In this document: piece by piece, positions 28,641 through 37,158 of the stretch | Layout: each line of letters opens with the position of its first letter | Position numbering within the stretch: the first letter of the stretch is position 1 | Sequence record: NZ_CP129890.1 | Reading direction: 5' to 3' (one strand) | Origin: a plasmid | Length of the DNA: 46,212 nt | Made by a program: the position numbers and the translations under genes | Notes under the pieces: generated by a model | Seen by the model: the letters and a program-made list of their open reading frames with translations, nothing else | The model's database searches: none | Told to the model about the DNA's origin: nothing

Positions 28641-28825
28641 AGTTTAAATCCCGCTATGTCAATGAATTTGATTTTGAATATCGAAACTTCTTAGCCACAG
28701 GATGCTGAATCCAATCTTAAATTCTGATCTAAAATATCCTTAAATCATATAGTCTGACACCCCAAATAAACCTGCATGCTTTCCAAAATTTGTGCAGATA
28801 TGTACAGTAAGTGTATCGAGTCAGT

Positions 28826-30055
28826 TTATCTTGAACAAGCGAGTTCGTATGAGTATAACTGATTCGTGTTTACAAGGTAGTGAATCGTTTTTAGTAGGCG
28901 ATCCATGCAGGCGACAAGCAGCGGCTTCCTCCGGGAAGCTGTTGCTTGTCGTTTTGCATAAAAGTCACGGATATGACTTGGCTGTGCTCCTGAGCCAATC
29001 ATATTTATAACTGTCCAATACAGTAGCTTTCTAGTGTGAGCATTGCCATGCTTGGTGATCTTCCTTTGTGCCGTATAGTTCCCTGATTGTATCTCTTGCA
29101 AATCAAGACCAATAAAGCTATTGAGTTTCGCTCTGGTTTTAAACCGCCGAATATCCCCCAGCTCTGCAACCAAACGTACAGCGGTGTTTTCCGCGATGTT
29201 TGGAATGCTCAGGAGGATAACGTACTCCGGTGTTCTTTCTGCCAAGCTGACCATGGCTTGTACGGTTTCTTCACGTTCGCTAAGCAACTTTAACGCCTTT
29301 TGAGTCTCATGCTTTACAGCTTGGACAACGAACGAGTTGCCGCTAACAGCTGGATATGACCTGGCTCGAGATCTCCATAGTGCACGTGCTAAATTGCTGG
29401 ATCTGACCGCTCCCACCCCCTTTAAGTGCATATCCAGAATCTGCGTCTTTATATTCTCAAAACTTAATCCAGTCAGTTCTGCCGGGTGAGAAAAAAGAGT
29501 TAGCGTGTGTAAGGCTGATGGCTTTCTCAAATCAAGTTCTTCCTCAATCCCTGGAAATGAGAGCTGTATGAGTCGATGTATCCGATTCTTGGTCCGTTTT
29601 AAGTCCTCCGTTTGCTGATCGTAGTATCGACTAATATCCATCAATTCGCGATATACAGGGTCATAGAAGCTTGGTTTGAACGGCTTGGGGTGTTTGGCAA
29701 ACTCAGTTATTGCTAGCCCGCGGGCATCACGTACATCGTTCTTCCTTGTTCTTGAGCCATCGTCTAACCTTTTCTTAGCGACGAGTGGATTAAGAATATG
29801 ATACGTAATGCTTTCATCCAGTAGGTATCGCTCTAATCGACGTGAGTACACCCCAGTCGCCTCGAACACCACTTCCGCACCGCCATATGAGTCAATGATA
29901 GCCTTAAGACTCGTGAATCCAATCATATCTAGCGTGATATCCCCCTCGTAAACAGTTTTAGCATCAATGGCTACTGACAGTTTAGCCGTTGATTTTGAGA
30001 CATCTATACCGATAATTTTTCGCATTGTTACACTACCTTTCTGAAGCACCATCAC
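28826..30055 (-). CDS. IS110-family (DEDD) transposase/recombinase
   Basis: N-terminal IGIDVSKSTAKL (RuvC-like DEDD). C-terminal IPNIAENTAVRLVAELGDIRRF and helix-hairpin-helix-like KHGNAHTRKLLY. Element boundaries uncertain (about 28400..30300). Confidence 0.85.
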   Translation of the reverse strand: MMVLQKGSVTMRKIIGIDVSKSTAKLSVAIDAKTVYEGDITLDMIGFTSLKAIIDSYGGAEVVFEATGVYSRRLERYLLDESITYHILNPLVAKKRLDDGSRTRKNDVRDARGLAITEFAKHPKPFKPSFYDPVYRELMDISRYYDQQTEDLKRTKNRIHRLIQLSFPGIEEELDLRKPSALHTLTLFSHPAELTGLSFENIKTQILDMHLKGVGAVRSSNLARALWRSRARSYPAVSGNSFVVQAVKHETQKALKLLSEREETVQAMVSLAERTPEYVILLSIPNIAENTAVRLVAELGDIRRFKTRAKLNSFIGLDLQEIQSGNYTAQRKITKHGNAHTRKLLYWTVINMIGSGAQPSHIRDFYAKRQATASRRKPLLVACMDRLLKTIHYLVNTNQLYSYELACSR

Positions 30056-30510
30056 TAAAAATCTTAGTAATCAAGTTTTCAAAACGCGGTCTCTCGGACC
30101 AATCTACTTTGAGCGAATTTGCTAAGACAAATGAAGTAGCCACTTTCTACTACGGCTTCAAAGAGCCAAAAGGCAACCCGCGGCTTCTGCTTCAATACCA
30201 CTATAAAGTAATAGAGGCGTACATGGACCCCGTCGGGTATCATGTACGCCTTTAAGCTTAGTGGATTTCTACTGCCGGTTTTTGCCTGGCTTTGATTTCG
30301 CATTCAACCAGCAACAAAGCCGCTAAGAAACAAGTTTCTAAGCGGCTCTAGCAGAAAAAACAAGGGCCGGCCAAAATTTTGCTCCGCCAAGTCCGCTACA
30401 CAAATTTTTGTCACTCTCGCTGCGCTCACCCTTGCATTTTCTGCCGTGGCTGGTGTGCCTGTTACATCAAAGGCGGCTTCAAAAAACCGCCAGTAGAAAG
30501 GGTGACAACC

Positions 30511-30957
30511 ATGCCAAAGTTACCATTTTACCTGCCAATGATTGAAGACGATGAAGAGGGCGTTTTTGAAACTTGGCCAAACGGACAGCGAATGTACGAC
30601 AAATTGAGTGAAGGGTTACACTCGTACATTCAAGAAATTGCTGTTAAAAGTCAAACGACCAGCCAAATTGAGAGAGACCGTTACGGCAATCAACGCCTAG
30701 CCTTTTATGCCAACGGTTGCGAAACACCTTATTACGTTACCGATGATTTCCTGCTTGCGCCTAATCAAACTCACGATGCAAAGAAGCTGTTAGTGACAGC
30801 ACTGATGCTAGGCGATAGCAAGCTGACGGCGGTTGTATCTGACCTGTTACTAGCTCAACTTTCTCCGAAGACCCGCGTATTTGCTAAATATCAGCTCATC
30901 AATCAACCAGCACAACAATTTATGGACGAACACATCAGCGTTCAATTCATCAAATAG
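30511..30957 (+). CDS. Hypothetical protein
   Basis: Start MPKLPFYLPM after aaaggg. 148 aa, no recognisable motif. Confidence 0.4.
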   Translation: MPKLPFYLPMIEDDEEGVFETWPNGQRMYDKLSEGLHSYIQEIAVKSQTTSQIERDRYGNQRLAFYANGCETPYYVTDDFLLAPNQTHDAKKLLVTALMLGDSKLTAVVSDLLLAQLSPKTRVFAKYQLINQPAQQFMDEHISVQFIK

Positions 30958-31139
30958 GAGGCATAACTAATGAAAAAAGGAAAAATGTATCAGGTCAGCA
31001 TTGACGAAATCGAATATCAACCACACTTCATTATGGTTTACGCCAGTGAAGACGCGAAGGACGAAGACCTACAGCGACTCGCAACAGATTTCATTTTGAG
31101 CCAAAATCCTGACTTGCGCGAGAGTGATTTAGTCGATAG

Positions 31140-32190
31140 CCTAGATTGCAATAATAAAGTTACCACCTAGAAAGAGGCTTGCTCACTGCTTGAACTGGGG
31201 TTTGCCAACGGAGACATTTTCTAGGTTTGTTATTGATAAGCGCTGTGGCTTGTTGAATATCGGTCTCTGAAACCTGATCAAACTGTGTTCCCTTCGGGAA
31301 ATAGTAGCGAAGTTCTCGATTGAACCGTTCATTTGTGCCCCGTTCATTCGGGTGATAGGCGTGGCAAAAGTAAACCGGTATCCGATAGCGCTTTGTAAGC
31401 GCCTGATCGCAGGGAAACTCTTTACCGTGATCAACCGTCACTGATCGAACCGGACCCGGAAAGTCCACCATCAGTCTTGCAAATCCCTTAAGAACAGCAT
31501 TTTGTGATAAGTTTTCAAGCTTAGTTGTCGCCATTAAACGTGTCACCCGATCGACAATGGTCAAAACAGCAGCCTTTGACCCGCGACCACCGCGAACTGT
31601 ATCCATCTCTAAATGTCCTTTTTCGGTTCGCCGATTAGCTGACTCACTGCGAATCTCAATTGAGGTGCCTACTGCTTGGTTATAGCGCGACCGAAGGTCT
31701 TGTCTTCTTTTATGACGTTTACCGTGATCAAAGAGTTGGCTTGGCTGAAAATCGACTTGTCTTTGATAAATCCAGTGGTAAATCGTGTGTGGCGCACAGT
31801 GAACGGCATAACCGACCATTTCAGGGGACCAACCTAGGTTTAGCTTCTCAGTTACCATCCGCTTCAACTTAGGCGTTAAAATCGAGTGCCGACCACAACG
31901 ATGCCGACAAGTATCGGCATGATCCTGAGCTATAATGGCGCAGTAATCACCTTCAGGGCAACGGTGAAGCTCATGCCTAATAGAAATACGAGAGCGGCCT
32001 AAGGTCGCGGCGCTGTATTGAATCGTGTGGTGTTGCATTAGTTCTATCTGAGATCGTTCAATTAAGGTTATAATGGCCATGGGACCTGTCCTTCTCTCTA
32101 GATGGTATGTTATGCAAACACCATTTTAGCAAGAACGGACAGGTCTTTTTTCACATTTTCTGGGTGGTAACTTTAATTATGCAATCTAGG
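31140..32190 (-). mobile_element. IS30-family insertion sequence, copy 2 (1051 bp), simple insertion with 4-bp target duplication ATAG
   Basis: Same IRs as copy 1. ATAG at 31136..31139 and 32191..32194. 9-bp internal duplication (ccgcgacca) relative to copy 1. Confidence 0.85.
31160..32080 (-). CDS. IS30-family transposase (306 aa)
   Basis: Near-identical to 17365..18276, with a 3-aa insertion (GGRGSKAAV). Confidence 0.85.
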   Translation of the reverse strand: MAIITLIERSQIELMQHHTIQYSAATLGRSRISIRHELHRCPEGDYCAIIAQDHADTCRHRCGRHSILTPKLKRMVTEKLNLGWSPEMVGYAVHCAPHTIYHWIYQRQVDFQPSQLFDHGKRHKRRQDLRSRYNQAVGTSIEIRSESANRRTEKGHLEMDTVRGGRGSKAAVLTIVDRVTRLMATTKLENLSQNAVLKGFARLMVDFPGPVRSVTVDHGKEFPCDQALTKRYRIPVYFCHAYHPNERGTNERFNRELRYYFPKGTQFDQVSETDIQQATALINNKPRKCLRWQTPVQAVSKPLSRW

Positions 32191-32466
32191 ATAGTGTCAT
32201 TGTTGAACCAGGTGACCCGAACGAGAAACCAGACGTTGTGGCCGAGGGACTGCACGTCCCAACGCCCGCGTGGGGAGTCAAAATGGGCTTGCTGTACGCA
32301 CAGGCGGTTCACCATGCTACCTACGATGATGATGAGTTTGATGAGGTGGCTTACGTTCGGGACGAAACACAGGCGAAACGATTTGAAACCGAGGCCGCCG
32401 CAAAAGAATTTGCTAAATGGCTCAACCCGAACTGTGAAGTTGTTCCACTGGAAGAAGGTGACGACC

Positions 32467-33210
32467 ATGATTAAGGACTCAATACTTGATTATCCAAGCC
32501 GTGGACACTGGGGTAAGGCGTCCTACCGTGGTAACCGTACAGGTTACTTGATTAAAGATCTGTTAGAGAAGTACCAACCTAAGCAGTTTGTGGAAGTCTT
32601 TTCTGGTGGCGGCACTGGTCAAGACGTAGCAAAAGAGCTTGGGCTTACTAACAGCGTGCATTTAGACCTACTGACGGGCTGGGACGCTCTCAAAGACGAC
32701 ATACCTGTTCAGCCTGACTTTGTATTTTCGCACCCGCCGTACTGGGACATTATCAAGTACAAGGATATGCGCGGACAATATGACGCTGACGATTTATCAA
32801 ACCCAGTAGACTACCCTGACTTTATCCGTATGCTTGATAAGGTGAACGAGAAAATCTATGCCAGCCTTATCAACGGTGGACGACACGCGTTTTTAATGGG
32901 CGATGTTCGCAAGCGGGTCAATGACCATTATCAATACTATTCAATCATCAAAGATATGGCATGGTTTGGCGATTTGGAAAGCCACCTCGTTAAGGTACAG
33001 CACAACGTGACCAGTGGCCGAAAAGGCTACCATGGTAGTTTTATTCCGATTATGCACGAACATCTCCTTATCTTCATTAAGCGTTCAATCTGGCAACTCG
33101 GCATTAAATATACTAAGACGTTTATTCGTGATTTGAGACAGTTACAGCAAGTTACTTGGCGCGACTTGGTACGCGTCGCTGTTGAACAGCACGGCGGAAG
33201 AGCTTCCTGA
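32467..33210 (+). CDS. Putative DNA methyltransferase (orphan; no restriction enzyme gene nearby)
   Basis: SAM-binding motif I FVEVFSGGGTGQDVAKELG, followed by FSHPPYW (motif IV-like PPY). Start ATG 32467 is coupled to the upstream stop. Confidence 0.5.
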   Translation: MIKDSILDYPSRGHWGKASYRGNRTGYLIKDLLEKYQPKQFVEVFSGGGTGQDVAKELGLTNSVHLDLLTGWDALKDDIPVQPDFVFSHPPYWDIIKYKDMRGQYDADDLSNPVDYPDFIRMLDKVNEKIYASLINGGRHAFLMGDVRKRVNDHYQYYSIIKDMAWFGDLESHLVKVQHNVTSGRKGYHGSFIPIMHEHLLIFIKRSIWQLGIKYTKTFIRDLRQLQQVTWRDLVRVAVEQHGGRAS

Positions 33211-33732
33211 AAGACCTGTACGAAACCCTCGATGGGGCTAAAAAAGCGGTCAACAACGATCACTGGCGCGAACAAATACGGGCAGTGGTACAGCGCTATC
33301 CCGAGTTTGAACGTATTCAAAGTGGAGTTTACGCGGTTGCATAGCGCTAAAAACCTCAAAACGAAAAAAACCGCCTACTGACGGTACAGCAGACGGCGTA
33401 GCACTTAGCCACTCACAAGTTAAGTGTACCGTATCTTGGTAATCCATATTGGCTACAAATGTTTTTAAATTCCCCTTTATACCAATAAAAGCTAGAAAAT
33501 GTTTCACTGGTCATACTTTTATTAAATTTAGGACGCACTGTCATATCTATTCTCACTCCTTTTTTGCATATTACCAAAAGACCTGTCTGATAGGTTTATT
33601 TGGACAGTTCTAATGAACATCTGTAATTCCTAGTAAAGCACAGAAATAAAAACGGCCATTAGGGTATACCCTAGTGGCCTTTTTGATTTCTATTTTTCAA
33701 GTGTAACTTCAAGAAACTCCTCAATTTTCAAG

Positions 33733-34884
33733 TCAAGTGCAACGATGATAACGAATTCTTGATAGTGGTCTAGGCTGTTACGCCATGCATCGGTAGTAAT
33801 CGCATGGGCGAAGATAGTTCAGAATACGTCTGGGACGATGGTTCAGTGCGGATTGGACTGCTTGAATTTCAACCAGGGTAACTGCTCTGAGAGACTTCCC
33901 TTTCGGGAAGAATTCCCTAAGCAGTCCATTGGCGTTCTCGTTTGTGCCACGCTCCCAAGGCGAGTACGGATGTGCGAAGTAAATCTGGGTTCCAACAATC
34001 TCTGATAACTTGGCAAACTCGGAACCATTGTCAAAAGTGATACTCTCAAATTCCTTGGCCCCGTAGTCGTCGATCGTGTCCTGCAAGGCTTTAAGGCAGG
34101 TGTCCGCATGATAGTCAGGAATCTTGACGATGATCTCAGTCCGGCTGTACCGTTCTGTGAGCGTCATTAATGCTGGCTCATCAGCTAAGCGAATACCTTT
34201 GACCAAGTCGCCTTCCCAATGTCCCACGCCTGTGCGGTCATTCACGTCCGCAGGACGCAACTCGATTGAGTCGCCGTATATCTTCTTATTCTTGCGCTTG
34301 TGGGCGTTCTTATAGCCTTTGATGCGGCATCGGAGCTTCTTGGGAAGTGTCATGTTGTCTAGCTCAAGCAGCCCGGCGTCGATGTAGCGATACACAGTTG
34401 TCGTTGAAGGGCAAGCCTTGCCCTGGTCGCGATAGAAGTGTACGAAGCTATCAACGCTGTGTACGCGCGGCTTACGAGTAAGCTCCCTGGCGAGAGCCTT
34501 GAAGAACGCACGGCCGGTCTTAAGAAAGGCGTAGTGACCGGTTCTATCGCGTTTACGGTCGTGCATGGCTTGGGCAGTTTCCGCAAGATAGACTTGATGC
34601 GAGTGACGCTTCGAGTCGAGCTGAGTTACAGATCCACGCGTGATTTCTCGTGAGATTGTCGCTTTACTGCGATGAAGCTTCTGTGCAATCACGGTCGCGG
34701 TGTCACCAGCAGCCTGAAGGGCCTGAATTGTAGCACGGTCGCTAAAACTGAGTTGTTGGTAATGCTTGTGGGTGTTAGTCTGAGAGTGGGTCATGAAGAT
34801 TCCTGCTTTCTTGTTTAGCTAGCACTAACAAGAATAGGTCTTCATGGCCTTTATGGTCTAGTCGTCAGGGTGTTGCACTTGAAT
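33733..34884 (-). mobile_element. Second, distinct IS30-family insertion sequence (about 1.15 kb)
   Basis: Terminal inverted repeat core tcaagtgcaac (33734..33744) / gttgcacttga (34872..34882). 338-aa IS30-type transposase inside. Confidence 0.55.
33778..34794 (-). CDS. IS30-family transposase (338 aa)
   Basis: N-terminal HTH LSFSDRATIQALQAAGDTATVIAQKLHRSKATISREI. DDE core DFESITFDNGSEF...YSPWERGTNEN. Confidence 0.8.
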   Translation of the reverse strand: MTHSQTNTHKHYQQLSFSDRATIQALQAAGDTATVIAQKLHRSKATISREITRGSVTQLDSKRHSHQVYLAETAQAMHDRKRDRTGHYAFLKTGRAFFKALARELTRKPRVHSVDSFVHFYRDQGKACPSTTTVYRYIDAGLLELDNMTLPKKLRCRIKGYKNAHKRKNKKIYGDSIELRPADVNDRTGVGHWEGDLVKGIRLADEPALMTLTERYSRTEIIVKIPDYHADTCLKALQDTIDDYGAKEFESITFDNGSEFAKLSEIVGTQIYFAHPYSPWERGTNENANGLLREFFPKGKSLRAVTLVEIQAVQSALNHRPRRILNYLRPCDYYRCMA

Positions 34885-34909
34885 TGTAAACTGGGGAACT
34901 TCAAGAAAC

Positions 34910-35605
34910 TTATTTTGTTTTGTTGATGGAATTGGAGTTTAGATTATTTTTTAATTTTTCCATATCCAAGTCTTTGCCTATAGGGTCCTGATAATCAATC
35001 TTTAAGCCAAACACCTTTATTTTTCCGGCTATAGTTTGATGCATAAAGTACATATAGACTGGCTTTCTATTAACAAAGTTCTTTAATGCCCTACGATTGT
35101 CACTTAGTCTCTGGTCAATATGATTCAGAAATTCTTTCCTGTCAATAACGATGGGGCGTACTTCATGACTTTTGATTGAAAAAAAATTGAGCTTTTGGCG
35201 TTCTTTATCATCTTGAATATCTATCATTTGGTCATAAGGAAATATTTTGTCAGCATATTTAGTATGTTTAATCAACCAGGGTAGCAACATCTTTCTATAA
35301 CAGTAGTTCTTTTTTGTTGTAACTAATATTCCCATGAAACGAGAGGACTCGGTTCCAAGGCTGTCATTATATACTGTAATAGTGGTTTTAAAATCATGCG
35401 TAGGAGATGAATATTCGAATTGTTGAAGTAACTTTTTATGATTATTTCTTGTAAAAGCCAATAAGGCCACACCGAATGATAACCAACCAACTGATATATG
35501 AGTGCTAGTCCAGTGTAGAACAGCAAAAACTAATTTCCATGCCTGGCCTATAAAAATCGTTATATTTTCCCACATTATAAAATCTTCTTTCAAATTTATT
35601 TTCAT
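34910..35605 (-). CDS. AT-rich hypothetical protein with an N-terminal transmembrane region
   Basis: 231 aa. ~30% GC, much lower than the surrounding DNA. Hydrophobic N-terminus (ITIFIGQAWKLVFAVLHW...VGWLSFGVALLAF). No recognisable domain. Confidence 0.5.
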   Translation of the reverse strand: MKINLKEDFIMWENITIFIGQAWKLVFAVLHWTSTHISVGWLSFGVALLAFTRNNHKKLLQQFEYSSPTHDFKTTITVYNDSLGTESSRFMGILVTTKKNYCYRKMLLPWLIKHTKYADKIFPYDQMIDIQDDKERQKLNFFSIKSHEVRPIVIDRKEFLNHIDQRLSDNRRALKNFVNRKPVYMYFMHQTIAGKIKVFGLKIDYQDPIGKDLDMEKLKNNLNSNSINKTK

Positions 35606-35861
35606 TATTATGAAGCTTATCTAGTGCTCAATTATTCTATGTCAAGAATATTGTAAAACCTCCTTTCAGAATCCGTCTACGTTCTATTAGTAATATAAGG
35701 ATTAACCTTAGAATTAATCTTTTTAAATTGGTTCTCACTAGTAATATAGCGATCAAGCGAATTTGTTTTAAAGCTTGGATTGGATGTAAGCCGAGCTGAC
35801 ATATTTTGTGACAGATTAATAGAATTTCCCAGCAATTTATCATTTTATTTCTTAAAAATCC

Positions 35862-35890
35862 TTGACACTTCCACTGGGATTATGTATGTT
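35862..35890 (+). promoter_or_regulatory. Sigma70-like promoter of the cysK-ctl-cysE operon (TTGACA-17-TATGTT)
   Basis: TTGACA 35862..35867, 17-nt spacer, TATGTT 35885..35890. Confidence 0.5.
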
Positions 35891-35921
35891 TATGGCAACA
35901 AAAAATTTCGGAGGTGTCACT

Positions 35922-35996
35922 ATGACTCAATCAATGTTTAATGCGATTAATTGTTGCTGTCGAACAACGCGTTTTTGGCGATGTTCGGCCTGTTAG
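35922..35996 (+). CDS. Candidate Cys-rich leader peptide (24 aa) MTQSMFNAINCCCRTTRFWRCSAC
   Basis: SD GGAGG 35910..35914, 7 nt before ATG 35922. Codons 11-13 are TGT-TGC-TGT (35952..35960). Two more Cys at codons 21 and 24. Stop TAG 35994..35996. Located between the promoter and the intrinsic terminator. Confidence 0.45.
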   Translation: MTQSMFNAINCCCRTTRFWRCSAC

Positions 35997-36063
35997 CATT
36001 GACATTTTTTGAGGAATAATGACCTTAAAGAAGTTCAATGTCCACTTGGCTGGAATTGAACTA

Positions 36064-36106
36064 AGGGCGCGAGAATTCTGATTTTTCAGAGTTTCGCGCC
36101 CTTTTT
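36064..36106 (+). terminator. Leader intrinsic terminator (attenuator) upstream of cysK
   Basis: agggcgcgagaattctg-atttt-cagagtttcgcgccc followed by ttttt. Preceded by an 8-bp-stem hairpin agttcaat...attgaact (36032..36062). About 100 nt before the cysK start. Confidence 0.6.
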
Positions 36107-36205
36107 CTATTCACTGCAGCCAACCGGCCATTTAACATCGCCAAAGATCATCTTTCCTGAATCGCAGTCTAACAGCTAAAACAACTATTCAGAAAGGATC
36201 TTACC

Positions 36206-37117
36206 ATGCTTATTCAATCCGTTTCCCAACTCATTGGCCATACCCCGATGATCGACCTACAAATTAACGTTCCTCACCACAGTCATATTTACGCCAAACT
36301 TGAAATGTTTAATCCCGGCGGCAGCATCAAGGACCGCTTGGGTCAGTACATGATTCAAGACGCCATCGACCACGGTAAAGTGACTGAAGGAAAAACCACC
36401 ATTATTGAACCCACCGCCGGCAATACCGGCATTGGGGTGGCCCTGGCCGCCCAACAGCACCGCTTGCCAACTATCCTCGTCGTCCCTGAAAAGTTTAGTT
36501 TTGAAAAACAACAGCTGATGAAGGCTCTCGGGGCGACTCTCATCAACACGCCGAGCGACCAAGGAATCAAAGGCGCCATCCAAAAAGCGCGCGAGTTGGC
36601 AGCGAAGACCCCAAACAGTTTTGTGCCGATGCAGTTTGAAAATCCGGCTAATCCAGCGACTTATTACCACACCTTGGCGCCGGAGTTAGTAGCAGACGTC
36701 CCTGCTCAAATTAACGCGTTCGTTGCTGGCGCGGGCAGTGGCGGGACATTTGCCGGCATCGCCCGATATCTGAAAGAACAGAATTCAGCAACCCGGACCG
36801 TCGTCGTTGAACCCGAAGGCTCCATTCTAAATGGTGGCCCGGCTCATCTTCACAAAACGGAAGGGATTGGTGTCGAATTTATTCCGCCCTTCTTCAAAGA
36901 CGTCCAAATTGATGAAACCCTCACCATTTCTGACAACGACGCGTTTGATCAGGTTAAACAAATGGCCAAAACACAAGGGCTCTTCATTGGCAGTTCCAGC
37001 GGGGCCGCGTTAGCAGCTAGTCTTAAAGTAGCCAATGAATTGCCAGAAAACAGTTCAATCGTCACAGTTTTTCCAGACAGCAGCGAGCGTTACATGAGTG
37101 AAAACATTTACAACTAA
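36206..37117 (+). CDS. cysK: Cysteine synthase / O-acetylserine (thiol)-lyase family (PLP-dependent)
   Basis: PLP-binding [13 protein letters not shown] and GTGGT motifs. SD gaaagga. Confidence 0.85.
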   Translation: MLIQSVSQLIGHTPMIDLQINVPHHSHIYAKLEMFNPGGSIKDRLGQYMIQDAIDHGKVTEGKTTIIEPTAGNTGIGVALAAQQHRLPTILVVPEKFSFEKQQLMKALGATLINTPSDQGIKGAIQKARELAAKTPNSFVPMQFENPANPATYYHTLAPELVADVPAQINAFVAGAGSGGTFAGIARYLKEQNSATRTVVVEPEGSILNGGPAHLHKTEGIGVEFIPPFFKDVQIDETLTISDNDAFDQVKQMAKTQGLFIGSSSGAALAASLKVANELPENSSIVTVFPDSSERYMSENIYN

Positions 37118-37158
37118 TCAACTTAAATCTAACAACTAAAAAAGTGAGGTCAATGATT

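Larger units (their letters stand above)
30970..32474 (+). pseudogene. Small acidic protein gene (~150 aa when reconstructed) interrupted by the IS30 copy (5' part 30970..31139, 3' part 32191..32474)
   Basis: Removing 31140..32190 plus one copy of the 4-bp direct repeat ATAG fuses ...ESDLVDS to VIVEPGDPNEKPDVVAEG...EEGDDHD in frame. The 3' part overlaps the methyltransferase start (ATGATTAA). Confidence 0.6.

Noticed and set aside
28417-28641. 74-aa ORF (MTGRRKGTCGLARVAVGH...) as a protein-coding gene
   Set aside because: No SD. Arg/Gly/Ala-rich composition typical of a GC-rich non-coding stretch. It lies in the structured region next to the IS110-family gene.
17345-32190. Large segmental duplication suggested by ~1-kb near-identical blocks at 17.3 kb and 31.1 kb
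   Set aside because: The identity is confined to the two IS30 copies. Flanking sequences are unrelated.
35637-35843. 68-aa ORF (low-complexity L/I/R-rich)
   Set aside because: AT-rich promoter region of the neighbouring gene. Repetitive LILRLILILL composition, no SD.
35900-36110. T-box or SAM (S-box) riboswitch in the cysK leader
   Set aside because: There is no AGGGTGGNACCGCG-like T-box sequence overlapping the terminator, no specifier-loop/AGAGA features, and no S-box helices recognisable. A short Cys-rich uORF with a strong SD explains the leader better.
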